The position numbers and the translations under genes were made by a program. From Geosiphon pyriformis uo1 (taxonomy: Eukaryota; Fungi; Glomeromycota): a DNA stretch of 64,000 nt. Shown here in pieces: positions 1 to 13,603 of this stretch; positions within the stretch are counted from its first letter, which is position 1, and each line of letters opens with the position of its first letter. Where the stretch lies: positions 62,001-126,000 of the forward strand of contig JAAOMT010000400.1 in the NCBI GenBank assembly GCA_016748015.1, in the 5' to 3' direction. Under the pieces are notes generated by a model. It ran no database searches. It saw nothing but the letters and a program-made list of their open reading frames with translations, and was not told the origin of the DNA.

Positions 1-624
1 TAATACCATTCAATTTATACTAGACTCTGAATCTAACTTTAATAGACCTTTGCCAATGTTAAAATTTAGTGATGCCATTTGCTGCACACATACTGTTAAC
101 AACAAACACAGGCTATCAAATAATTGCTAAAAATTGAACCAAGCTTCTTCCTTTTCCGGTGTAGATAAATAAATCTTTTTCACTTGGCACATTTGGTGTT
201 ACCCATCCTGAAACTATTTCAAACCAGATTTTGATGAGGATCGAATAAATTGAATGATTGATTGAATGATTGATTGATGGGATTAATTAATTGGATGGGG
301 ATTAAACAGAATTGGATCGATTGAAATTATAAATGAAATTAATTATTAATTTATTAAAATAAATAAATAAATAAGAATAAGAATTTTTAACGAAAAAAAG
401 CCAAGATAAAAAAATATTCTTTTTTGGTTTGGTTATCCAGGTTCACTTTTTACGATTATAAAAATTTCTAGATTTTTTTTATTTTTATTTTTATTTTTAT
501 TGATCGAATCAAAATTTTTTGCGATACCACATGCATTTCTTTAATTTTTCCACCATTGATCGCTTAGTTTGCCAAGAAATAACAATTTTTTTTAACAATG
601 CGGTCAGTGACGTAAGTTTGCACG

Positions 625-716
625 AAGAGGAGGAGGAGAAGGGGGAGAAGAAGGAGGAGAAGGGGGAGGAGGAGGAGGAGGAGGAGGAGAAAGAGGAGGA
701 TGATGATGATGATGGG
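625..716. repeat. (GAG/GAA)n-(GAT)n purine-rich trinucleotide microsatellite
   Basis: Seen directly; it explains the spurious poly-E and poly-S ORFs at 509-811. Confidence 0.9.
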
Positions 717-788
717 TAGGTTGTGAAGTTATAGATAAAGTATATTTTATTAGTGAAACTTTTTGATTTTAAATCGAATAGCGATTTT

Positions 789-1093
789 GATAGATATAGA
801 CATATATACATAGATATATAGATATATAGATAGATATAGATAGATATAGATATAGATATAGATATAGATACAGATATAGATATAGATATAGATATAGATA
901 TAGATATAGATATAGATATAGATACAGATACAGATACAGATACAGATACAGATACAGATACAGATACAGATACAGATACAGATACAGATACAGATACAGA
1001 TACAGATACAGATACAGATACAGATACAGATACAGATACAGATACAGATACAGATACAGATATAGATACAGATACAGATACAGATACAGATAG
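789..1093. repeat. Compound hexamer microsatellite (GATATA)n/(GATACA)n
   Basis: About 300 bp of tandem hexamers; it explains the poly-YL ORF 769-1185. Confidence 0.97.
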
Positions 1094-2163
1094 AAAAAAT
1101 GGAAAATTGATCGTCCTAGCAGAATACCATAATACATTTCGATGAAAGAATTTCTGTATTTTAAGACAATCTGTATCACAATCAATCTATGTATATTCGC
1201 ATATATTAAATATTGAAATTGGGAAATTTTTTTTTTGTTTCCCAGTTATTTCAAAGTTAAATTGAAAAAGGGAATTAAAGGATTAAAAAAGGTTCAATTA
1301 TAATAAAATGATTTCTATTTTAAATCAAATGAAAATGATGATTTCATCGAGGTTTAACCTCCCCTAATCAAAATTTTTAAAATAATAATCAGCAATAAGA
1401 TAAAATAAAATGAAAATAAAATGAAATGAATGAATGAAATTAACTATTTTATGTTGTTTAAATTAAATAAATAAAAGACAAATAATAAAAATTAAAATTA
1501 AAAAAAAGTTTGTAAAATATTATCAGGCTTAATTATTCAGTGTTTTTGTGCTTTACAGCCTTTAGATAATCTTTTAACAAACTGGATAAATGAAATTTAT
1601 ACTAAAAAACGTTTTTAAAATTTTAAAAAGTTGTATTTTAAATCGGTTTTTAAAAATCTGTTGAAAAGATCTAATGACTTCAAAGATTAGGTTTTATAAG
1701 AATAACTTTTATTTTCTGTTAAATCATGACAACGGATCAATTTGAGCAATTTCAAATCTTCATCTTTCGTCTGTTTCCAAAGTTAAAATACCGTTACTGT
1801 TAACATATATATATATATATATATTTTTAATTCTTGATATTAAATTTGATCAAAATTCAAGGCTTCGGGGAAACATCAGAATTATAAGGCAAGTCCCATT
1901 TAAGGATTAAAAAAATCTTTATTATTAATATATTATTATTCTAAGTATTACCAACAATAAAATTAGATGAGAAACTCGATTCTTTCTAAAAACATCGTTC
2001 TTTTAGTCTTTCTTTCTTTCTTTCTTTGTTACAATTGGCCACAAACGATGTATGTATATATATGTATATATTAAGAAATATATAAAATTTCAAAGTATTT
2101 AACAAATCGAATATTTCCATAACTCCCATAAATCCAATTCCTATCAAAATCTTTCTCTCCCAT

Positions 2164-2709
2164 TTAAACTCTGGACCCAAAGAAGGCAGCAACAATTATT
2201 AAACAAGCTCCAGTATACGCATGATACGATCCAATGATCAACTTTTGAGTTCCACTACTGGATGGTGATGTTGTTGTTGAGTTTGACCCTTTGTTAGAAC
2301 CTGAACCAGTATCAGAAGAAGAAGAAGAAGACGAGTCAGTGCTGGAAGATGTATCAGTAGAATCTGAGGTAGAAGTGGTAGCAGTTGTTACTCCAGTTGT
2401 AGAATTAGATGATTTTGAGCCAGATTCTGAACTTGTTGAATTTTGACTAACTGGTGTGGTAGATGAACCAGTGGAATCTTTTCCAGATTTGTTGCTATTA
2501 GGAGTGGTGTTGGTGGTGTTGGTAGTGGTGGTGTTGGTGGTGGTGGTAGTAGTAGTGGTGGGGCTGGTATTTTTTCCAGTTGTACTTGGGGTGCTAGAAG
2601 ACGAACTTTTCTCTGGTGCTGCTGGGCTTGATGCCGATTGAGAAACTAGAACCGAGAGGAGAAGCAGAGAAAGAACAAGGGCGATGATTGAAGAAAAGTT
2701 TTTTTGCAT
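2164..2709 (-). CDS. Secreted Ser/Thr-rich, putatively GPI-anchored cell-surface protein (181 aa)
   Basis: Intact ORF. N-terminal signal peptide MQKNFSSIIALVLSLLLLSVLVSQSAS, S/T-rich stalk, small-residue omega region (PSSSG), hydrophobic C-terminus (ACLIIVAAFF), upstream TATA. Confidence 0.85.
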   Translation of the reverse strand: MQKNFSSIIALVLSLLLLSVLVSQSASSPAAPEKSSSSSTPSTTGKNTSPTTTTTTTTNTTTTNTTNTTPNSNKSGKDSTGSSTTPVSQNSTSSESGSKSSNSTTGVTTATTSTSDSTDTSSSTDSSSSSSSDTGSGSNKGSNSTTTSPSSSGTQKLIIGSYHAYTGACLIIVAAFFGSRV

Positions 2710-2900
2710 TTTGGAGAAGCAGATAAAAGCAGTAAAGTGTAGTGGTGGATGATGGTTTATTAAATGGGTTTGATCTTGCTTTGAATTACCAAAAATTATA
2801 GGAGAATAAAAAGAAAGAAAGAAAGAAAGAAGGAAGGAAGGAAGGAGAAAGAATAATCAAACTTATTATTTGTTAAAGATTAAATTTTTCAAGATTCCTT

Positions 2901-2908
2901 TATTTATA
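2901..2908 (-). promoter_or_regulatory. Candidate TATA box (TATAAATA) of the cell-surface gene
   Basis: tatttata on plus, ~190 bp upstream of the ATG, followed on minus by a pyrimidine-rich (CTT) tract. Confidence 0.5.
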
Positions 2909-3449
2909 CTGTTTTTTTCATTCCTTTAACTCTTTATTCTTGATAAAAAACTTCCAGTTATACTCCTTTATCACAACTTTTTTTTTATTGGATCATACAT
3001 GCAGAAAAAACTATGAAACGAACACAAACTTACACGCGAAATATATGTTGATTAACCCTAAAAGGGTCGGCTGTACGCGAGAAGACTTGCAGATTATGCA
3101 TCCTTTCTTTATAAGCTTCACAGATGCCAAGAAGCTCTTCTACATAATTCATTATTTAAGGCTGCTATTACTTCATTCTACATTATGAAACATAATGATA
3201 ATAATAATAATAATAATGGCTTCCAACGGTTTTAATTTTTTGAAACTTACATCTTACGGCCATAAAGAAAAATAGTCCAAAGTTAGACTAGTAAAAAATC
3301 ATTTGGATTCCTGTATAGTCTCTGAAGGTGGTTTTTGAAACGCTACATTTCGTAGTCTACAATATCGAAACTGGCAAAAACTAACGGGCAGAATTGACGA
3401 CTTACTTGGGTTATTTTCAATTAGAAAAAGAAACCATAATGTTGTACGG

Positions 3450-3483
3450 TTACTTGGTTACTTGGTTACTTGGTTACTTGGTT
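3450..3483. repeat. TTACTTGG x4 tandem octamer
   Basis: Seen directly; one further copy near 3402. Confidence 0.8.
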
Positions 3484-4051
3484 GCTAATAACCTCATGTT
3501 TTTTTTTTCAAATTTTCCAAATTTAAAATCCATATCTATTATTTTAACACCCCTATTTTAAGCTTTCAAGAAGTTGTTAAAAAACCAAGTGATAGCTGTG
3601 AGTAAATCACTCTAATAATTGCTCGCAGAAATTGTGTAATGATCAGTCAAGGATTCAAGAGTCGGGAACTTTTTCTTACACAAAAATCCAGACTCAGACA
3701 ATTAAATGCATGTAATTTCTTTTTCCTCTTGGTATTCGTGCTGATAGCTGTATGATATATACATTTGAAAAAAAAGAAATTTTTTTTTCATTCATTATCT
3801 CTTATTTGATGATTTGTTTGACAAAAATTTTATGATTGTTGTACCTAATATATTGATGGGATCGAAACCGTTTAAAAATTAAAAGAACCTTGAAATTTTT
3901 TTTTTTGAACCGGGTAATCGTGTGTTATTGAATATTATTATTCTAAATTCCATTGCTTTTGAAAGATTTTTTTCGTTGTTGTTATTATTGTTGTTGTTGA
4001 TCATGCTGTACATGTAAAAAGGAATTATGTGCATCAAAAGATTTGCCAAGA

Positions 4052-4082
<31 letters not shown>

Positions 4083-4359
4083 TGAATCTTGGTTAATTTT
4101 TGATACTGTTTAACATATAAATCATATGATATATATATAAATAATATATAATTAACATGATTATATTTTTTTTATTTTGACAATTAAAAAACCTCTTTCT
4201 TCTCTTTCTTTTTTTCTTTCCAGTAAAATAATAATACTTAAAAATAAATAATTCTTTCTTGACTTGAAAAGATAATATGATTAATTATTAATAATAAAAT
4301 ATATTTTTTTATATGTAATTAATTTAATAAAATAAAAAACCCAAAAATATTAAATCAAA

Positions 4360-4402
<43 letters not shown>

Positions 4403-4826
4403 GTACATTAACAAAATTTAATATTATTATAAAAAAAACTTATTAAACTGGTTTAAAAAAGTTTGTTTTAAGAAAATCTTAATTTTTATTAATGTATAAT
4501 TTGTTGTTTTTAATATTAACTAAACTATATATAATAATATTAGTACTTAAATATATTTTAATTTTGTATAATATAATTATATACTTAAATTGTTAAGTAT
4601 TTAAAAATATTTACATATTTAAATTTTAATTAATTTGTTTTAATTTTTACAATTGCTATTTAATTAAAAAAAACATATTAGTAATATTATTCAAAATAAA
4701 AATATTTTTATTAAGTAATTAAAAATTAAAAATTATTTTTAATATATTAGTTAATAAAATTTAAAATTTTTATTACTTGTTATTATCAATAAATTTTCAT
4801 ATTTTTTAATACAAAATTATAATATA

Positions 4827-7800
4827 GCCGCTCTTGAGTATAGTCTTGCCAGTTTTGTGGAATGCATTGACAAGTTGGTTAAGAGATTGGACTTATCTGG
4901 GCCAACAGTTTCTCAGTCTAGCCTTGGATGTCAGCCATTGGTGACCCTTTTATTACAGAATCAAGGAGTGGATATAGTGATAGGTGAGGGTTCAAGTGTG
5001 GCCACTAGTAGTAAGACTATTATGGAAATGGCAGTTTTTAATTCTTTAATTATCTTTAAAATGGAAAAAACTTTAAACAATCTTTCAATCATGGTTATAA
5101 GCTTTTTGGCCAAAATTAACAATACTGGTTTGGTTTCTGCTGTTCATCCTTTTCAATAATAGATCTGGTTTGGAAAATTGCAACATGCAATATTTGTAGT
5201 ATCAATGTCTCTACCAAGCAGGAAGACATTATTTGTTGACATGTAGATTCTGGAAGTATGGTTTCTATTGTTACAGAAACAAAGTTGAGATCCAATATTA
5301 GGTCTTGGATTATAAACAAGTTTGATGGAATGAAAATATTTTCTTCTGGTTTGGACAAAAGATTTCTTGGTGCTGGAATGGCAATTATTATGAACAATTT
5401 TCTTACTCGTCATGTTTCTAAGATTGAAGAGATTCTTGGTCATCTTACTTCTGTTCAGCTCCTTTTTAAGGGCAAGTTGTCAGTAATAATTTTGGGCCTA
5501 TATGCAGGTGTTTTTGCTGAGACCAGATTTGGCCAAGCTTGTAAAATCAACTTTCTTATTGTCAAGGCTGTTAATTCCTTCATGTTTGTGGTTCTAAGTA
5601 GTAATTTCAATGAGAATAGATCTAGAAAGAGTGCTAGTTTTAAGTTCTGCTCAGATTTGGAATTGGTCAACTTCTTTAGCAAATACTCTCTGGTCAAAGC
5701 TTCCACTTGAAGCAATTTCTGAAGTGCCGTGAAGATTATCGACTATATTTTTGTAAGCAAGAGTTTGTTGTCTGTATTAGCCAGTCATAAAGTTGTTTCT
5801 GTCTCTGATTTCTTTGACACCAATTATAATGCTGTTTTGGTTTTAGTTGGTTTGAGTGGTTTCTTGAATGCCTGGCTTAATAGTGATCATATACAGGCCA
5901 ATAAGGATAAGTAGAAGTTCAAGATCAAGGATGTGGATGCTGATAAGTAATCACACTTTAGGGAATGTTTGTTGAACAAGTTCTTGAAAAATATAGATAT
6001 GTTCAATAATGCAAAGGATAATAAAAATTTGGATACTATGTGGGAGATCCTTAAGGAAGTGATTATAAACTCAGCTGATTATGTGTTTTCTAGATACTGG
6101 TTTAGTGAATTTGATTGTCCAAAAAATAAGCAGTCTTCAAAGTTCTTTAAGCTGGAATTATTAATGGTCAAGTTGGTGAAGTGTTTGAGCTCAGGTCAGG
6201 AATCAAAAACTGTTTACCTCTTTAAGATATGGTCTACTCTTGATAGTAAGGGGGTTTTTAAAGCATACACAATGTTTAATAATAGTAAAGGCAGAGGAAG
6301 CATTTTACAACACCTGTTAGAAGTTAAAAGATAGTACCAAAAGTCCAAATACTATGAGTCTAGAGTGGCCAGAGACATTTCAATCAGAAAAATAATAAAC
6401 AAATACATGAAAAACTTTAGCTTCAATAAAGAACATATGATTAAAAGTGTTTAAAACAGCCATTTAAGAAGATAGTGCTAGACCATTTAATAGTAGATAA
6501 TGAATTAATTTTGGAATCCAAAAAAGTTAAATCTGCTGTTGATAGTATCATGGAAAAATGGACAAGAAAATGGGTCACTTCTATCTCTCTGCTTGTTTGT
6601 TGGTCTAATCAGTATGCCCTCTTAGACTATGTTAGTAATAATGCATTCTCAAATATTATGAATGTAATTAGATCAGATAAGTTTCTCTTGGTGGTCAAAG
6701 AACTGCTTGATGGAAAAGCTGCTGGCATTTTTGGTATTCCTAATAAGCTTTGGAAGCATGGAGATGCTCAGATTCTGGGTGGTTTGTTGAACATTCTCAA
6801 TGTGTGTTTGGAGTTGGGTGCAGTTTCTCTACAGTGAAGGCAAGTCTGGATTTCTATGATATCAAAGCCATATAACTGGAAAGAAGCACTTACCAATACC
6901 AGACCTATAGCTTTAGTTAAGACAGCCAGAAAAATACTGTCTAAGGTTATTTCTAACAGAATATCTCTGGCATACAGTGAGTTTAATGTTCTTTATGGTA
7001 ATAATTTCTCAGTTTTGAAGGGTACATCTACTCAAACTCCAATTTTTACTATTGGCTTTATCATTGAGAATGCACTTGAAAAGAACAGGGAGCTGTGACT
7101 GGTACTTTAAGATATGTGAAAGACTTATGACTCAGTCAGATAACCCTATTTGTAAAACAGTTTAATTAGAATTAAGATGTGCCCCATTTTATTAAATTCT
7201 TTGGAAACATACACAATAGTCAGACCAACTAAGTGATGACAGACTTTGAACTCACTAATGAATATACTGTTCATGATGAGCTAGATCAAAGAAAAGTTTT
7301 TTTGCCATTGCTATAGAAAATTTTCTATAATCCTTTGCTTTGTGAGATCAAAAAGCATAAACAATTGTGTAAATATAGGTTGAATTCAAAATTTTTCACT
7401 AGAACCAGTAAGGCTAACCCTAAGGATGGCAAAACTTCCTTTTTTGTAGCTGGTGTCTTTGTGGATGATACTATTTGGGTTGAAAACTGCCTGGCAGCTA
7501 CACAATACATTTTGAACATTGTGAGTGAATTTTTTTTGATTAATAACATTGCTATTAACACAAACAAAACAGTTGTTATTCCTATTAATCAAGGGGCCAG
7601 AGAGATTTTATTGTCTATTAGTGGTTCTAAAATCTCTATTGCCAAAAAGAGTGATTTTTACTAATACTTAGGGATTTTTCTTTCTATGAATGACATGTCA
7701 AAGCCAAGTTTGGCCAAAGCTCATTTAGATATTAAGTTTTTTTCAAATGTGGTTTTAAAAAAAACCATTACTAAAAAGCAGTTTTTATATTTGGTTTCTG

Positions 7801-9976
7801 CTGTTTTGCAGTCCATAATTGGTTATAGACTGCAGTTCAGTTGTGTTTTCAAAGGTGTGTGTGAGAAGTGGGACAAAATGTTGAGAAAAAAATTAAAGCT
7901 TAAGGCCAATTTGCCCAAAAATTTTCTGAATAAGGCTTTGTATCATCCAGAGCTATATAGTTTGAGAACTTTTGAACAGGTTCTGACTAAGAATCTATTG
8001 GCTGGTTTGGTTATGTTTGCTAATGCTGGCAGAATCTTTAGTGAATTATTTGAACACAGAGCCATGGAGTTTCAGACTGCTAGCTGAATGCTCCGGCACC
8101 CTTTTTGAGTTCCAATTAAGTTGCTGATTGATCCCACAAATTGTTTTTTGGCTGGCACAATATATGCTCTCAAATTGTGCAATCTATCATTGAGTGGTAA
8201 TCTGCTTAATGTTTTTCAGGCCAAAAATAGTATTGTGATCTTGGATGTGCTCAGTTCTGAGTCTTATTTAGATGTGGCAAAGTCTCTTAAAAAATATAGC
8301 ATTGTGTTTGTGGACCAGCTTTTAGACTAACATGGCACATGTTTTATGTAGAACACTTTTTGCAGATAAAAAAAGCTGGACCCTAGAGGCCCAGTTCCTA
8401 TCTGGTTTGTCTCTTTGGTCAAATTTATTAATGGAAATAGATTGTTAAATAGTGTGCTGTTGTTTCCTTGCTCAGTTCTTGCTGACTTTCCTTGTGACTT
8501 TGGTTACATTAATGAACATCTACTGAATTCTGGGTTGGGTTCTGTGACCATTTACACTAATAGTTTTATCAAAAATTTGGGTTCATTGGGTGCTTGTGGT
8601 GGTGTCACTGCCTACTTTCTAGATGTGAACACTAGTGTTGGAGTTAAGGTAGATGAGTTGCTTTCTTCAACTCTAGTAAAACTGCAGACTATTGTGTTTG
8701 TTTTGGAGTGTGTGCCTGTTTCTCAATCTGTTAATTTGTTTACTGACAGCCAAGTTTCACTGAATCTGTACAACTCCAGCAATAGTATGTCTGATCCTAA
8801 CTTTTATAACAAATGCTGGATCAAAAAGGAACGTATTTGCCATGTCATTTCCAAAAAGAGTTTGTTGATTACATAGAATAAAGTCAAAGGTCATTCTGGT
8901 GTTGTTGGAAATGAACGTGCCAATTTCTATGCTGATGCTGCTGTTACCTTTAGGTTTTTCCTGTCTTTTGTGATTCCTTATCATTTTCTCAATATTGAGG
9001 ACAGACCTGTCTCTAAAAATGCTCATTATGTTGCAAAAAATTATTTAATGCTGTTCATTCTGTTGGTTGGGAGACCAAATGTGTTGGTAGTGTTATTAGT
9101 ACAGGTCTCTGTGACCATTTTGATAAGGCCAAAACCTTTCGTGTTTGGCATCCTGATGGCAAGATCAAATCTGGCTACACTAGTACTGCATCAGTAACAT
9201 TTTGGTCATACTTCATGAAGGTGCTCCACCACCAATTACCAGTGGCCAAAAGAAAAAAAATGTATAATCCAAATTATTCAAGTATTGCCTGCATCCAGTG
9301 TGATTTGGTAGAGGACTCTGATCACGTGTTTTCTTGTACTTGTGATGTCAATGTTCAGAAAACTTTATTGTCTGATGCTATTCTGAAGTGGAATGTGCTG
9401 CTGGGAGTTTCTGCTGATGGAAATGCAGTTGCTGATTCACTGTATGAGACTGCTTCTTCTGTCAACTTGTTTATAGTGCTGGCTAAGGATTTTGTGTTGA
9501 AGAGTTGAATGGCTAACATGGTAGGCCATTTGGGTGCCAATTTTGGTGAAGGTGTGTTGATTGTCAATTTCATTCATCACTTTGCTGAGAGTTACAGGTC
9601 TGCCATTTGGCTGTCTGTAGCTAAGTTGAGATCCTATTATGAAAAGCATAAGCTCCTGTTGTGTGACAGTTTTTCTTTTTCTTCAGTGTTTGGTCTGTCT
9701 TTTTTGTAGTCTATTGGGACAATCTGGGATTTTAGTTTTAGATTAAGTATTCATGTGTGCTTTTGGTTGCATTCATGTTTAACTAAATCAGATTTTGGTT
9801 TCTTGAGAGATGTTCCTGTGGTGAGAGATCTAGGTGTGTAGTGCTGTCTTGATTGGCCTGAATGGCTGGTTATGTATAAAAAAGACATGAGCCATGCTTA
9901 AATTAGATTCTATTTTTAATTCTATGTACTTAGGTAGTGGTTGGACTGCATTCATAAAACTTGTAATAAAATAATA
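4827..9976 (+). mobile_element. 5'-truncated LINE-like non-LTR retrotransposon (LINE-a): ORF1 tail plus ORF2 APE-RT-RNaseH-CCHC, 3'UTR, (TAA)n tail
   Basis: Domain motifs as listed for ORF2; ends in aataaaataataa; possible TSD ataatata on both flanks (weak, AT-rich). Confidence 0.92.
5156..9840 (+). pseudogene. LINE-a ORF2 (AP endonuclease, reverse transcriptase, RNase H, Cys/His knuckle), many stops
   Basis: APE: WKIATCN, IVTETKL, IIDYIF. RT: GKAAG, TRPIAL, GVFVDDTIW. RNase H: IYTNS, FTDSQ, KVKGHSGVVGNERA. Knuckle: CIQCDLVEDSDHVFSC. Confidence 0.9.
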
Positions 9977-10302
9977 ATAATATATATTATAAAAATTATT
10001 ATAAAAATCATGTAAAAAAAGTTTATATTATTACATTTAATTAATAAAAGTAATCAATAATTAATTTATATTTTAAATTTGTAATTATTATTTAAAAATA
10101 ATTTTCAAAAAATATAATTAAAATTTTATATTTTGGGTTTTTTTTATGTTTTAAATACTTATTATTAATATTTTAAATTATATTATTATACATTTTTTTT
10201 ATTAAGTTTAATAAGTATAATTTAATTACTATTTAGTTTATAGAACCAAAATTAAGAGGATAAAAGAAAAAACTTTTTGTTTTCTTAATTTTATGACCAC
10301 AA

Positions 10303-11410
10303 TGTTATGAGTAAACTTGGTGGGGATGAAAAATGGTAACATTTGGTGCTCTCAATTATTAATGATGCATCTTCTGCATAATTCTATTGGCTTAGTCTTG
10401 ATTATTAGTCTCTGAAAGTCTATTCCTGAATGTGATTTTACCTATTGAGTTCTTTGGTTATAAGGTACAGAGTTTGTCTTTCATCAATTGCAATGTTTTC
10501 CATAAATGTAAGCTTTCTTCTCCAAGCTAATGAGTGCAGTTGTTAGGGTCTGGCATTGTTTTTTCACCCTTCTGGTAAGCTAACAAGATAATGTTAATAT
10601 CCAAAACTTAGGAAGAGCTTCCCTTTTTTACCAGGCTATCATAAAGTCTATTTTTAGACAGTTGATTTTACTATGTTGCTGCCCCACAAAAAAATAAGAA
10701 AGAAAAAGAAAAGAAAAAGAAAAGAAAAGAAAAGAAAGAAAAGATAAATTAGTATTGTCAATTACCATAATCAAGAGCAATTAGTCCAAATCATTAATAG
10801 TTCAAGGCAATTATGCTAAAAGCATTTGTTCTAGAACAAAGGTACAAAGCAAGGGTTAATTCATGTAAATTCTATAAAGTTTGAGAACATAAATTCATGA
10901 TTCTGATTTCTTTAATAATTGGTTTATTTCAGAAGATAAAATAGAGAAGATAATAAATGATGAAGGAGTATGAATATTTAATTCTTGTCTAGAGGTTCAT
11001 ATCTATTTGTCTGTTTTTCTAACTTCTATAACTACTTGCTTTTATATATTCTTTTGGTTTTACAGGATTGCTTTCAATTGTTTTGCTATCACTAGCTATT
11101 GCTTTGTTATTTCTGTTATTGCTTTGTTTTTCTATGTTATTGCTAGTTATCCTATGTTATAACACATTATCTGATATTATTATATGTTATTCTGTGTTAT
11201 CCTGCATTATAACATGTTAACCTACGTTATAATGTATTTATCCAACATTATTGCATACTATTCTGTGTTATCCTGTGTTATAACACATTATCCTATATTA
11301 TAACATGTTATCCAACATTATTGTATGCTATTCTGTGTTATGTCATGTTTTGGTCATGTTTTGGTCACATTTCTTCATAACTTTGGATCAGTTTTTCTAC
11401 TTGGGTAACA
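10303..11410 (-). repeat. 3' LTR of A
   Basis: Matches 25293-26384; ~20-nt tandem U3 repeats (tgttatcctgcattataaca-like) at ~11140-11345. Confidence 0.95.
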
Positions 11411-11424
11411 TTATCTCTCTCTTT

Positions 11425-12243
11425 TTAGAATTAAGCTCCTGCAAAATCATATATATCTGTTCCTATGTCTTTATTCATGTAATGTTTGATAATTGCATCA
11501 AGTATTGTTTTTTGTAGGTCTTCGAACTGTCAATTGGTAATTTGTCCTATGTTGTTAACTGTTATCATCTTTATCAATCTATACAACAGTACATTTGGAC
11601 AATATTAGAAAGTGGTATATAGTCAGTATGCTGCTTTGTAATATAAAGTCAGGTTGTTTTTCTCTACAAACTTTTCTACTTGTTGTATTGCTTTTTTGTT
11701 AAATGTTTTCTGATTGAGGTCTTTGTATGGTGTTTTCAAGTCAAGCTGTTCTCCAATTTTGTAAAACCAATAAGCTGGAGAAAGTCTTTTTTTCCATTTC
11801 TGGGTGTTGTCAGGTGTTTACTCCCCTGTTTTGGGGAGTTTGGTCTTACGAGCTAAAGCTTTTTTTATTTTTTTAAGCTCAGGGACCAAGTATCTTCTTT
11901 TGTAACCTTTTTCTTGTTCTTTGCCTCTTTTTTTTCCACCTTCTGCCCAAAGGCAATTTTTCTTCCAACATTGTCTTTTGGGTGGTGGGTAGAAAAGAAA
12001 ACATTTAGTTCTAATTGAACTTTCATCCTTCCCTCTCCTGTTCTTATTTTTGTACCGTATCTTTTTTTTATCAATTGTTATTTCTATTTAAGCAAGAGAT
12101 TTTTAAATTGTTTTAAATAATTGTTTAAATAATTTTAAAATTTGATCTGAAAGGTCTATGTTGAAATTTCTATCATTTCTTGCTGCTTTTTGGATGCTAT
12201 ATATATTTGAATTCCCCAATTTAATTTGCTGCCTATTGTCTAT
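11425..12243 (-). pseudogene. ORF3 of A (unknown protein at the env position)
   Basis: QIEITIDKKKIRY..PAYWFYKIGEQL..IQQVEKFVEK..YDFAGA*F*; homologous to ORF3 of C, D and E. Start approximate. Confidence 0.75.
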
Positions 12244-13603
12244 ATTTTGATGATGATGATTGGTTCCAGATCTCATGGTATATCTTCTGGTCTGATTAAT
12301 GAAATTTGTGTTCTTAGTTAAGGTATTGATGACGATAATATCTGCTTTGCATGATAAATTTTTAACCAATTTCCATGTGCTACTTTCTTTAAAATCCTGT
12401 CTTCCAATCGTAGTTTGTAAGCTCCATTTCTTAAAGCTTCGTGTATGTGGAATGAACCATCCCACTTTGGGTTGAACTTTCTACTCCACTGTTTTTCAGC
12501 TTTTGTATGATGTAACAGTACCTGGTCTCCAATCTTGAATTCTATTGGTTGTTCAGATAGGTGATTGTCATGTCTTTCCTTTTGTTATTTTTGAGCATTA
12601 CTAATGTTATCAGCTGCTGTTCTTTGATTGTTTTCTAACATTTCTATTAGCTGGTATGTTCTGTGGTACAAGGTAGCTTTAAAATTCTCTTTGGTGATTT
12701 TTTTTGTTGGGTAGAACAATATTTCTCAATAGATAACGTAGCTTTCCTTCCATAGACTAATTCGAATGATGTGAAGTGTATTGTATTTTGCTTTAGTGTT
12801 CAGTATGCAAAAAGTACTAAAAGTATGAATAGATCCTATTCTTGTTCATTTTCTTGACTTATTTTTACTAGTGCTTCACATAGTGTTTAGTTAAACTGTT
12901 CTACCAGTTCATTAGTTTGTGGGTGGTATGGTAACAATAAAAGACATTTTATACCAAACTATTGGCTTAATTCTGTTAACATATTATTGACAAAATGCAT
13001 TCCTTGATCGGATAACAATTCTTTTGGACACTCATGTCGGCAAATTAGGTCTTGATGTACAAACTTGGCTACTGTTTTGACATTAGCTACTTGAATTGCT
13101 CTGGCTTCTGGCCATTTTGTAAGATAATCAATGACTATAGCAATATACTAATTTTCTTTGGATGTAATTAAGAGAGGACCAACCAAATCAATCCCAATTC
13201 TATCAAATGGATTTCCAACTGGAATGGGTCAAAGTGGTTCTGTTGATCTTGCTCCTTTTCTTCACTGGCATACGTCACAATTGAGCACGTATTCAAAAAT
13301 GTCTTTGTATATCATTGGCCAATAGTATAAATTTAGTGTTCTTTTGAGGGTAGTATCTTTGTTAAAGTGTCCTGACGTCGGATCTGAGTGCATGCTATAT
13401 AGTATAGTTTCTCTTTCACTGTCCTTGATTAGTTGTTGTGGGGTGGGGTGGTTTCGGTGTTCTCGTCAATATAGTTAGTTGTCTTGAATAAAATAATTTT
13501 GGGCTTGTTTTTGTATAATACTTTGTTTCTGTTGAGATAATATCTTCTTGAAATGTAGTGTCAATAGGTACTGATGTAGTCATTGATAAGTGAGTGTGTC
13601 CAT
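12240..13603 (-). pseudogene. Integrase of A (separate ORF with its own ATG)
   Basis: MDTLTY..HSDPTSGHF..CDVCQ (HHCC), IGIDLVG, LLSDQG, QTNELVE, WDGSFHI (GPY/F); no chromodomain. Confidence 0.9.

Noticed and set aside
1-240. Possible coding or TE remnant
   Set aside because: No recognisable motif in the short frames.
509-811. Poly-Ser and poly-Glu ORFs
   Set aside because: They arise from the trinucleotide repeat; no other coding support.
769-1185. 138-aa poly-YL ORF
   Set aside because: It is the translation of a hexamer microsatellite.
12240-12420. Chromodomain at the integrase C-terminus
   Set aside because: IN ends shortly after the GPY/F module in xDLEPI(I/V)xI; no chromodomain aromatic pattern.
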